DNA of 64,000 nucleotides from positions 30,690,001 to 30,754,000 of the forward strand of contig NC_043004.1 in the NCBI RefSeq assembly GCF_006345805.1, in the 5' to 3' direction. Positions 53,236 to 64,000 of the stretch are shown one piece after another. The translations under genes and the position numbers were made by a program. Below the pieces are notes generated by a model. It saw nothing but the letters and a program-made list of their open reading frames with translations, was not told the DNA's origin and did not search any database. Source of the stretch: Octopus sinensis. Its lineage: Eukaryota. Each line of letters starts with the position of its first letter. Within the stretch, counting starts at the first letter, position 1.

Positions 53236-53399
53236 AATAATGACTTTAAAATGTCAGCCAGTTAAGCCATTGTCAGATGATGGCTTAACTGGATGAAACT
53301 TTGAAGTCACTGTCAATAATATTCTTGTTTAAGAATAAAATGTATACTCTCTCCCTGCCCCCCCCCCCACATATATACAGACCATATGTGTTGCAGCAG

Positions 53400-53640
53400 T
53401 ATTCATCTCTTTGTCATAACTTCAAAGAGAGTTAGAGAATTTCTATCAATTCACCAGACCCAATTTCTGGCCTCTTAATTCTCCCAGTTGTAATCCCATG
53501 GATTACTATGTGTGGAGTGCAGTTGAGAAACGACACCGACCCCTTTGCCTGCAACACCAAGATTGAGCTGGTGGCCAAGGTGAAGGTGGTGTTCAAAGAT
53601 CTTCCCAAAGACACAATGAGGAACTCTTGTACCAGGTTAC
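53400..53640 (+). mobile_element. Tc1/mariner-superfamily transposase C-terminal relic
   Basis: FWPLNSPSCNPMDYYVWSAVEK...CNTKIELVAKVK resembles the WPxxSPDxNPxDY motif. Confidence 0.75.
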
Positions 53641-53644
53641 AGAG

Positions 53645-54000
53645 CCCAGGGTGGTCACTAAGCCCCTGCAACCCCTGCAGTCGCAGGGGCCCTCCATGGT
53701 TGAGGGGCTTCATATTAAGATCAAAGTACATAGATGAGTTATCTATTTACTTTGGTTAAGATGTTGAACAAGAATGTTAACTGAAAATTTCAATGAATAA
53801 AATGTTAATATATTGTGTCTGCAAAAGTTCCTGAAAAAATATTACATTGTACCATGAACGTGTATCAGACTTTGTGGATTGCCTATGACATCTATTGAAC
53901 ATGAACTTAGCTCTCAGCTTAATTATTCTGAACTGATTGATGATTTCATGAAACAAAAAGTGTGCTGTGTTTGCCTTTGAAAGTTGCCTGGATTATAAAC
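53645..54000 (+). mobile_element. hAT relic (ZMYM1-like dimerisation domain plus subterminal hairpin)
   Basis: CCCCTGCAACCCCTGCAGTCGCAGGGG subterminal motif; RLCGLPMTSIEHELSSQLNYSELIDDFMKQK. Confidence 0.65.
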
Positions 54001-54604
54001 ATGCCCTTATATTCATATCTGGAAGTTTTACTGATTGAGATTGGTAATAGACTTAGATAAACTTAACTTGTTGTACTTATAAAGATGTTCTTTAGGATAA
54101 CATTAAATATTGAATGTCAGAATAAAGTAAAATATAGCTATGAGTAAAAGGTGCATAGATTATGAATTATGATTGAAGGAATGGGGCCGTGAAACAAAAG
54201 GTAATATAAATCCGTCGTATAATGGCTGTGTAGATAGAAGTGCCATATATATATATTAATGTGAGTTTCGAGGGATGTATCATCTGGGCAGATACCGTGG
54301 TGGTTCTCACTTATGTTCCAGGTTACGGCTAACCACATCAATTAGTATTTAACACCTATGACTACTATTTGTTGTCATTCACACTGAAAATTCCTCTGAT
54401 GGGTAAGCTGTACCTGAAGAAACTGCACTGAAAAATCATGCCAGGTTCCATCTACAACTGCCCCTAATCTGTGCAGAGGAAACATGTGCAGGTCTTAATG
54501 ACAATAAAAATATGCTGTATGAAATTGTAAAATAAGAAGAAATAAATTTTGAGGATGGAAAAGTGTTCTATATCATTATAATTATTGCTATATATATATA
54601 TAGC

Positions 54605-54910
54605 TGAGGGCACGTAACAAACACCATCCGAGCGTGGCCGTTCGCCAGCTTCGTCTGGCACCTGTGTTGGTGGCACATAAAAACACCATCCGAGCGTGGC
54701 CGTCTGCCAGCCTCACCTGGCACCTGTGTCGGTGGCACATAAAATCACCCACTACACTCTCGGAGTGGTTGGCGTTAGGAAGGGCATCCAGCTGTAGAAA
54801 CACTGCCAGATCTGACTGGCCTGGTGCAGCCTTCGAGCTTGCCAGACCCCAGTTGAACCGTCCAACCCATGCTAGCATGGAAAGCGGACGTTAAACGATG
54901 ATGATGATAT
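54605..54910 (+). mobile_element. RTE-type 3' tail element, CpG-intact (young)
   Basis: 62-bp units at 54619 and 54681, then TTAGGAAGGGCATCC...CATGCTAGCATGGAAAGCGGACGTTAAACGATGATGATG. Confidence 0.8.
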
Positions 54911-55046
54911 ATATATATATATATGTATGAGTATTGTAATTTGTTTAAAAATTCTATAAATGTTCCAAAAGGTGTTTAAGCAATACAAGTAAAAATACAA
55001 AATATGTAAGGTGATGTTGATAAATGACAGCAAACAGATGTGTTAC

Positions 55047-55086
55047 CTTACTGCTTCAACTCCATTTTGAGAAAGATTTCCCTTAT
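55047..55086 (-). CDS. Candidate small internal exon
   Basis: Acceptor gatttattttctcattttag|AT; donor gtaagg (exon end 55052) or gtaaca (exon end 55047); reads IREIFLKMELK or DKGNLSQNGVEA. Unverified. Confidence 0.25.
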
Positions 55087-55259
55087 CTAAAATGAGAAAA
55101 TAAATCAGTGTTGTCACTGGTCGGCCATTCAGGTGCATTGTGAGCACACAACATTAAACAACTTATGTAAGTTAATACAATGTCTTCCCCTTGCTTATAG
55201 TTATCAACATCATTTTACATAGTTTATTTACTTAACTTCTCATTTGTATTTTTTTACTT

Positions 55260-55478
55260 TATTTTTTACTTGTTTCATTCATTTGACTGCAGCCATGCTG
55301 GGGCAACACCTTGAAGGGCTTTAGTCAAACAAATTGATCCCTGGACTCATTTTTTACTTTTTAAGCCTAGTACTTATTCTATCAGTCTCTTCTGCTGAAC
55401 TGCTAAGTTATGTTGATGTAAACACACTAGTGCCAGTTGTCAAGCACAGATGCAAAGACACACACACACATAGATAAA

Positions 55479-55547
<69 letters not shown>

Positions 55548-55700
55548 GTGTGTGTGTGTGTGTGTATACCATCAACCAAATCCACTCACAAGGCTTTAGT
55601 TGGCCTGAGGCTATAGTAGAAGACACTTGCTCAAAATGCCATGTAATGAGACTGAACCTGGAACCAAGGTGGTTAGGAAGCAAGTTTCTTACCACACATC
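55260..55700 (-). mobile_element. Complete SINE in reverse orientation, CpG-decayed
   Basis: Head at 55560-55700 and tail at 55260-55445 match 2895-3290, with CpG to TpG/CpA changes. Confidence 0.8.
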
Positions 55701-56474
55701 CACGCCGGTACCTATATATATAAAAACTTCAGGCATAACTAACTTCAGACATAGTTAATTCCAGATAACATTACCTTCAGTTATAGCTGACATGAAATAT
55801 AGTAAATTTCATATGAAGTTTCCCTGAAGTAACCTCGATTTCAGGCAAACTTGACCTCAGGCTTAACTTAATCTTAGTCAAACTAAATTTCAGGCAAATT
55901 TAGCTCAAGGAATATTTGAATGTAGAATGGTATAAATATTGTAAAACACTTAATCTGGCACTGTACCATATCTTAATTAGCACTAACTAACCTCTAATAC
56001 AGTAAAATGTCACTGTATTAGCATCTTGCCCTTATTCTGTTGTAAACAAAACATCTATATATGTATTGATTTCCTTTCTCTCGGCAAATGGCCAACTTTC
56101 ATTGGTACGGGTGTCAGTCAGTCAATCAATCAATTGATCAATATTTATTTATCTCATATGAATGGGATGAATAAAATCAATTTCTTTAACTTTCCTTTAT
56201 TACATGTATCCATTTAAGAGTAATTATCCTTATCGACATCACAAGTCTAACTGTAACCATCTACTCTGAAGTTCAATACAGCAAGTAAGGGAATGAACAA
56301 CAAACCAATTATACACTCAACCTCAGTAGATCACTGCAAGTAAACAAAGAAACCTCAACATAACTATTCAGTTTGCTAGAAAGAGCAGCAAAATCTCCGT
56401 GGAAATACACCCTATGGTTTTTCTATGGAAAAAATAATGTGATATTACAGAGATGTACTTGTATAGCAAGGTAC

Positions 56475-56647
56475 CTGATCAGAGATTGTGTGCTGAAACA
56501 AAAATAATTGCAGGAAGGTATTTATAAGCCATTTAAAAAAACACACAAAAACCATTAGATTTACTTCAACATTTAAATTTAATTTGCCAAAATATTTTCG
56601 GCGCTTTGATATCAGAACTTGTTCAGTGACAAAATTCTGTACTGCAT
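56475..56647 (-). CDS. Candidate exon (DAVQNFVTEQVLISKRRKYFGKLNLNVE) plus 18-nt microexon (HTISDQ)
   Basis: Branch-like ctaac and acceptor tgttactttctcag at 56647; gtaaat donor; 72-nt intron; acceptor tttttgtttcag at 56492 and donor gtacct at 56474. Unverified. Confidence 0.25.
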
Positions 56648-56730
56648 CTGAGAAAGTAACAGTTAGTTCATGATATACATGTATGTATGTATGTATGTAT
56701 GTATGTATGTATGTATGTATGTATGTATGT

Positions 56731-56777
<47 letters not shown>

Positions 56778-57484
56778 CTTGCATGCATGTATGTATGTAT
56801 ACATGCATATATGTATGTATGTATACATGCATATATGTATGTATGTAAAACAAGATGGTTACAGCTGAAATGCATCTGATCCGAGGTCCGCTCTGTCAAG
56901 GTTAACCAAGGGTTAAACAGCAACAACTTCCTTTGCAAATGGTATACATTTCAGGGACTGAACCATCATCATCATCATCATTTAACATCCATTTTCAATA
57001 CTGGCATGAATTGGATGGTTAGACAAGAGCTGGCCAACAGGAGTGTTGCACCAAGTTCTAATCTGATTTGGCTTTGGTTTGGTTTGTATGGTTCTTAATG
57101 CCAATGAAAATTATAATGAAAAAAGCTCAACATGATCACTAGACCAGCTAAAAATAGCAGCCAATCATTTCTCAAATCAACCCTCTTTACAAAAACATCT
57201 AGTAGAATAGAATAAGATATTGCATAATATAGTTTGAAATAAACTATGTCTGGGGAGAGAAGGGTGACATGCTTAAAATGTCTTTCTTTGATCAAAGGTC
57301 TCCTTAAATAGGATTCACCTGGGGCTTAACGATAACAATAGCACAAATAACAACAAAAACAACACCTGATGGTCCTTTAAGTTAGAACAACCCTCTACAG
57401 AGAATTTCAGAGGGAGTTTAATGACAATGATCATAACACACACACACACATGCATACACACACATACATACATACATACATACA

Positions 57485-57515
<31 letters not shown>

Positions 57516-57879
57516 GTATGCATATATTTTATTGGCCCTGATAGGCATGGGAGACAGATCAATGAGATTCCAACCAATATTACATTATAGAAACAAAAAT
57601 GATAGAGTGAGGCCTAAACAGATATGGGGTGAGGGCTGGGTGGAGTCATGTGCTATCGATTGAATCAGCTCTTAAGATATTACAGAATCTATCTATATTG
57701 ATTATAAGCGAGGAAAAAATAAAATCAACATTAAATCATTGAACATATACATACATACATATATATATATACATATATATATACATACATATATGTATGT
57801 AGATATACACATATATACATACATATATGTACATGAATATATGTCATATATGTATGTATATAATTGCCGGCTCCAGTTC

Positions 57880-58380
57880 GTATCCGAGCATTGGGTTTGT
57901 CAGTTTCTATCCAGTCTCCTCGGCTGAATGATTCTGCTGAATGTGACTTTGGAGTCCAAGTCGGTGGTGAAAGAGTCATGGGGAGATTTTGTACAGGATG
58001 GTCAGTGCGGGTCAAGGATATTGAAGATGCTCCATTCTTCTCCTGCATTTTACCTCCTCATTCTGTTGTCTGTTTTGCTTGAAGGAACTGGATCCATTGC
58101 AGATAGTAGTCCTCCTGGCTGTCCTATCCATGGGAATCTGTTCCCATGAAGATGGCTGGATGTTAGTTTGAGCCAGAGTACATTTGAGCTGGTCTTTAAA
58201 ACAGAATTTTGGACCTCCTCTGGATCTTGTTCCAATTACAAGTTCTCCACAGAGTATGATCCTCAGCAGACGAGAAGGCTCCATACACTGGACATGACCT
58301 GCCTAGCAGAGATGATGGGGAAGAATGGCAGCTTCGATGCTTGGTAGTGAGGCGTGGCAAAGAACCTCATTGTTGGTAAT
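57880..58380 (-). mobile_element. RTE-clade LINE 3' fragment
   Basis: SIEA...GHV..MEPSRL...GEL..GTRSRGGPK..FKDQLK...W..; frameshifted TTRLGLQSHI C-terminal motif. Confidence 0.8.
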
Positions 58381-58428
58381 GTGATTTTCTTATCTATATT
58401 GTATATACATATATATATATATATATAT

Positions 58429-58499
<71 letters not shown>

Positions 58500-59019
58500 T
58501 ATGTATATATTCATATATATATACATATAGACATAGTATATATATATATATAATATTCATAAAGACATGCAAACACACACTCACGCACATATATTAATGC
58601 GACTAGCACACTCTGTAAAATGATTTGGGGAACAACTAGAGTTGATACAAGATTAAGAAGACTTGTAGTCTCTTTCATACTGCTGAAGACTAGGAAACCC
58701 CTCTAGTGTTGGTGCCAGTACTTTCTGTAAAGTGGTTGGCAACAGAAAACGTACAATAGCATAACAGGGGATGTCCAAGTGTGTGGACTGTAGAAGGTGA
58801 TCACTTCATATACTTGGGTTTTACTATTGCTGAATTTATGTTGCATTTGATGGTATGGGTGACCAATTTGGTTACCACACAGGGTGGTCAAAAACTATGT
58901 TACACCACAAAAAGAGCAAACTGGCATTAAAAATCATGCATAAAAAATGAATGTATGAATGAAACATGTCTTCCTAACTTAAATGAGATGACAGTAAATC
59001 TGAATAAGATCTTCATCAA

Positions 59020-59480
59020 TCATGATGATTTGTCAAGTCAATGCTGGCATGCTGTTGATGGTGATGATGGTAATGATCTTCATGATCATGATCATGATGA
59101 TCATGATGTGATGAGGATGATGAGGGTGAAGATAATGATGATAATGATGACAGAGAAAGCAGCAGTAGTGGTAGTAGTGATGATGGTGGTTGTGGAGGCA
59201 GCAGCAGCAGCGGCAGCAGTAGCAGTGGTGGCAGTGATGGTGGCGGTGGTGGTGGCGGTGGCAGCTGTGGTGGTGGTGGTGGTGGTGGTGGTAATGGCAG
59301 CTGTGGTGGTGGTGGTGGTAATGGCAGCAGTGGTGGTGGTCGTCATCGTGGTTGTGGTGATGCAGATGATGATTATGAATTGATAATAATGATGATGATG
59401 ATGATAATGCAAATGATGAGAGTGATATTAATAATGACCACGGTGGTGGTGGTGGTGGTGTGGTGGTGGTGGCAAATATC
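59020..59480. repeat. Compound trinucleotide low-complexity tract (GAT/GGT/GCA)
   Basis: Direct reading. Source of the poly-H/T/V ORFs. Confidence 0.9.
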
Positions 59481-60849
59481 ACTCAGAAATACAATATGAA
59501 TGCATTGTAAAGATGGTATTAAGCAAAAAATTCAATAAGTTAAAAAGCTCAGATTAATATATTAATTAATATAAAACAATGCAGATTGATTAAACTGAAA
59601 ACAATTTGAAGCAGATCTCTTATCTTCATGTGCGTGTGTATGTGTGTGTGCATGTGCACATATATATGTATGTGTGTGTAAGTATATATGTGTATGTGTA
59701 TCAATGGGTGTGTTTGTGTCTCCTTGTCTTGACATATCATGATAGCTGTGAAAAAAAAAAGTGTGGTTCATTTCAAATCTGTGAAAACATGTCTGACCTA
59801 AGGAAATAAATACTTCACTATCTCAATTGGAAACTGGTAAGGATTTATGACAGGAACATCATCTGGGGGTAGAAAATCTGCCTCAACAATTTCCATCTGA
59901 GCCATGGAAAACTGGATGTTAAAATGATGAGGATGATGATGATGATGAGATGTATATGTATATGTGTGTATATGTGTGTGCATGAGTGTGTGTGTGTGCA
60001 TATATTTATATATATATATATATATAATACATATACTATTACCAGATAACATTGAATATATATATATATATATATATATGTTACAATAAAAATTTGTTGT
60101 TGTAACGGCAAGTTGTAAGATGCGAAGGATGAACAATGCATGAAGTTTTAAGAAAGTATTTATTTACCATTACGTTACAATACCTTGCCTCAACAGGTAG
60201 GTTATGATAAATCCAAAAGCATGCGAACTAAAGTTTGTGTTTGTGTCCTCTCCATTGTTTAGTAGTAATTACAGAGAGAGATAGAATGATGTTGTAAGAG
60301 AACAGAATTAGAACTAGTGAAAGTTATAGGGTTGTGGAACGTTGTCTCACAGTTACTGACAGTAAATTTCATTTCTCTCACTGACTATTGTCTTTAGTAA
60401 CTGCATTCCTTGTGATCATGATTCTAGCAATCCATTCCCTAACTGAGTTGTCACGAGCTGCCTCGCTCAGTTGTCACCAAGTGACTACATGTTTTAGTCA
60501 TCATCGACTGATTTTTGCTTGGGGTGTTCTTGTTTTTATAACTATCCAGAAGGATAGACATATCATTGAGAACAATAGATTTAGTTGGTGGTCTTGCTAT
60601 CTCTATTCTAGCTTTTGGTGAAATAGAAGAGGTTAGAAAGGGTCAAGTAGTGAAAACATTATTTCGACTAAGCTAAAGGCATCTGGAAAATGTAAAACTG
60701 CTATCAGAGAAAAACCATTGTTCCACTGTGGGAAAAGTTCTGTTGCAGTGTTAATTTAAATTTGGCTATGGTGGATTGAATCAACTTCATGCATGCAAGA
60801 TCCACTATATATATATTTATATATATATATATATATATTCAATATTATC

Positions 60850-61050
60850 TGGGTAGTAGCATACTGGGCAAAATGCTTTCATCTGTCTTTACATTGAGTT
60901 CAAATATGGCTGAGGTTGACTTTTTGGACTTTTTGCCTGTCCTCCTTTCGAGGTTGATAAAATAATTACCTGTTAAGTACTGGAGGTCGATGTAACTAAC
61001 TTACATACTTTCCCAAAATTGGTAACCTTCTGCCAAAATTTGAGACGAAC
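60850..61050 (+). mobile_element. Degenerate SINE, CpG-decayed
   Basis: GCAAAATGCTT...GAGTTCAAAT...GAGGTTGACTTT...GGTCGATGTAA...CCAAAATTTGA. Confidence 0.7.
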
Positions 61051-61777
61051 ATTATCTGCGTAATAACCTCATAACATGCATTTAAAAGCTTCTATATTGT
61101 TATCGGCTACCATATGGCATCATTAAGCAGCGTTATTCTTTGAGCCAGATAAACATGTGGAACTCTATTAGTGCATAGAACCTACACGAGGAAGTGCTGG
61201 CACAGAGTTGCTGCCAGATCATATTTATGTAGTTATTTATAAAATAATTTACAAACTGGTATGAGACAGCAACTTGCAACTGTTGTCACTGCAGAGAAAC
61301 AAGTGTTGTAATTTGCAATTAAAGCCTGTTTATCCCAATCTTTTTGTGATACAAATTTACATACACATTCGCGAACACTCACAAATACAAAATTCTATTT
61401 ATTGACAGTTTCAATAAATATTTGTTAAATTTTGTGTTACATAAAAAACATATCACCCACTTTTTATACAATTTTGATTTGCACACTGACTTACAGAACC
61501 ACTCTATCTTTTAAAAAACTGTATATAACCATGTACATGTGTATATATATGTTTCTCTATTGATTACATATATATGTATGTATATATGTATGCATGTATG
61601 TATGTATATATACATGTGTGTGTATGTTTATATATGTGTGTGTGTGTGTATGTATGTATGCATATATGTGTATGTGTGTATGTGTGTGTGTATATATTGT
61701 ATGTATATATATATATGTATATGTATATATATATATGTATATGTATATTGTTATATATATATGTATATGTATATATA

Positions 61778-62130
61778 TCATCATCATCATCATCATTTAG
61801 CGTCCGTTTTCCATGCTAGCATGGGTTGGACGGTTCTACTGGGGTCTGTGAAGCCAGAGGCTTCATCAGGCCCAGTCAAATCTGGCAGTGTTTCTACGGC
61901 TGGATGCCCTTCCTAACGCCAACCACTCAGTGAGTGTAGTGGGTGCTTTTTACGGCCACCCGCACTGGTGCCAGACAGAGTGGCAAACGGCCCGAACGGA
62001 TGGTGCTTTTTATGTGCCACGGCACGAGGGCAGGCGAGGCTGGCAACGGACACGAACGGGGGCGGTGTGGCAACGGTCGCGAAACGGAAAGTTCTCTTAC
62101 ATGCCACCGGCACTGGTAACACATCTGCAA
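61778..62130 (-). mobile_element. RTE-type 3' tail element
   Basis: (CAT)n-TTTAGCGTCCGTTTTCCATGCTAGCATGGG...GGATGCCCTTCCTAACGCCAACC...GGTGCTTTTTA boxes at 61942 and 62002. Confidence 0.8.
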
Positions 62131-62254
62131 TTTCCATTGATCGATTTTCCATTGATCGATTTCGATTTGATATATATATATATATATGCATATTCAATAT
62201 ATCATATATCAGTATATATATATATTCGATTCTGATTTGATATATATATATAAT

Positions 62255-62304
<50 letters not shown>

Positions 62305-62332
62305 TTATATATATATATATATATATTATAAT

Positions 62333-62363
<31 letters not shown>

Positions 62364-62833
62364 GGGAGAGAGAAAGAAGCAGAAAAGAAACATGTAGATG
62401 CACACACAAACACACACCAATATACAATACGAAGATTGAAATGTTCCCGCTAAAAATGGCCAATCAATAACAATAAGGAAGTACATTATTATAGTTTTTA
62501 ACTCCGAGTAATACACTAATTCTAAGTAGAACAGAACTAAAACAGCTTCCTCACCCGCATCCCCCCCACCACCATCCCCCAGCTCCCACACCATAGAAGA
62601 ATTAGCTAGAAGTGCTACGGATATTATTGTGAAGTAGATTTACAAAGTTAAACAGCAGAAAATTCTCTCTACTTTATTGTTCAATAATGTCTTTATTAAA
62701 AACAAACATAATACTTCGCGTCCAACCCACCCAGAACAGAAAGCAAAGATAACAAAAAAACACGAGAAATAAAAACCATTTTATCTTCATCTCTCAACCA
62801 AATCAAATTAGGGTAATGGAATAAATGTTAATT

Positions 62834-62865
<32 letters not shown>

Positions 62866-63233
62866 TCTATTTATTTATTCATTATTTATTCATCACTTTC
62901 CTGTCTGCTCCGGCTCCACCTCCATTCACCCCCACCCCCTTCATACCCCACAAAAAATCTCCTTTCATACCGATTTCATTGTCTGAACAAAGTTGTCGAT
63001 AGATATTGTGATGAATAAGGTTTTGGACAGCCATAGATAATATTGATTGTTGAAATTATATATCTGTGTGTGTGGTGTGTGTGTGTGTGTGTATGTAGAT
63101 ATACAGTAAGAGAGGGACAAACAGAAAGAAAGAGTGAAAAAGATACATTATAAGACATGTATACATAGATGCATAAATATATACATACATATGCACATAT
63201 ATATATATATAAGTATGCATGTATGTATATATA

Positions 63234-63271
<38 letters not shown>

Positions 63272-63272
63272 C

Positions 63273-63304
<32 letters not shown>

Positions 63305-63849
63305 GCATATATATTTACATATATATACATATATGTATGTGTGTATATATGTATGTATACACATATATATACACACACACACATGCACAAGTGAGTGGAC
63401 AAATGAAAGAAAGTGTCGCTCCAACACATTTTGTTGGCGTTGCATATATTATTTATTTAATAACAGTTTAACTCCACATCATACAACTTAAAGTTTTCTA
63501 GGGTCATCAAGCGAACCTGTCTCATCAAGCTAGTAGAGACCAATTTGGTCTCTGCAAGCAGCTTAATTATTTATTTTGTTTTGTAGTAGGTGTTTGGTTT
63601 AGCAAGGTTTTTATATATAGTTTAGTTCTTCCTGAGGGTGGTTCATAGTGGTTTCAAAGTAGGTATGTTTTGATAGTGTGTCTATAGCACATAAAATAAC
63701 TTCTTTATGAAAAGCATAATTTGGTAAGCAAAATTTAAGAGTTGCAGGTAATATTACGGAATACCAGAATAAGGTATAAAAGCAGATGACAAGAAGAAAA
63801 TGAAAAAAAGAACAAACGAATATACTGTTCCAGTTGTGTTTGGTATCAT

Positions 63850-64000
63850 TAGCTTTACTCTTTTACTTGTTTCAGTCATTTGACTGCGGCCATGCTGGAG
63901 CACCGCCTTTAGTTGAGCAAATCGACCCCAGGACTTATTCTTTGTAAGCCTAGTACTTATTCTATCAGTCTCTTTTGCCGAACCGCTAAATTACGGAGGA
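63850..64000 (-). mobile_element. SINE tail, cut by the window end
   Basis: GTTTCAGTCATTTGACTGCGGCCATGCTGGAGCACCGCC...AAGCCTAGTACTTATTCTATC-GTCTCTTTTGCCGAACCGCTAA. Confidence 0.85.

Overview
Eukaryotic, AT-rich, microsatellite-saturated genomic DNA. The SINE, LINE and compound-microsatellite content matches what I recognise from coleoid cephalopods, most likely Octopus; this is inferred from recall, not from a database search. I could not confidently identify any intact host protein-coding gene, and most ORFs in the supplied track are translations of microsatellites. The window is a transposon graveyard: a decayed Ty3/gypsy gag-pol (7.8-10.2 kb), eight co-oriented R4/Dong-type LINE fragments tied to (TAA)n tracts, two Penelope-like element (PLE) relics, a full-length mariner with TIRs, a Tigger deletion derivative, hAT relics, RTE and CR1-like LINE pieces and many tRNA-derived SINEs. 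Features outside the supplied track include three minimal hammerhead-ribozyme-like motifs in PLE-type terminal repeats and several fold-back palindromes, one of them a perfect 116 bp. There is also a 553-bp non-coding element nested in TAA repeats that shows a truncation ladder. A CpG-depleted domain at about 46.4-61 kb carries minus-strand splice signals and a candidate terminal exon, suggesting a methylated host gene body. A 1,131-bp tandem duplication differs between copies only by homopolymer indels and may be an assembly artefact.
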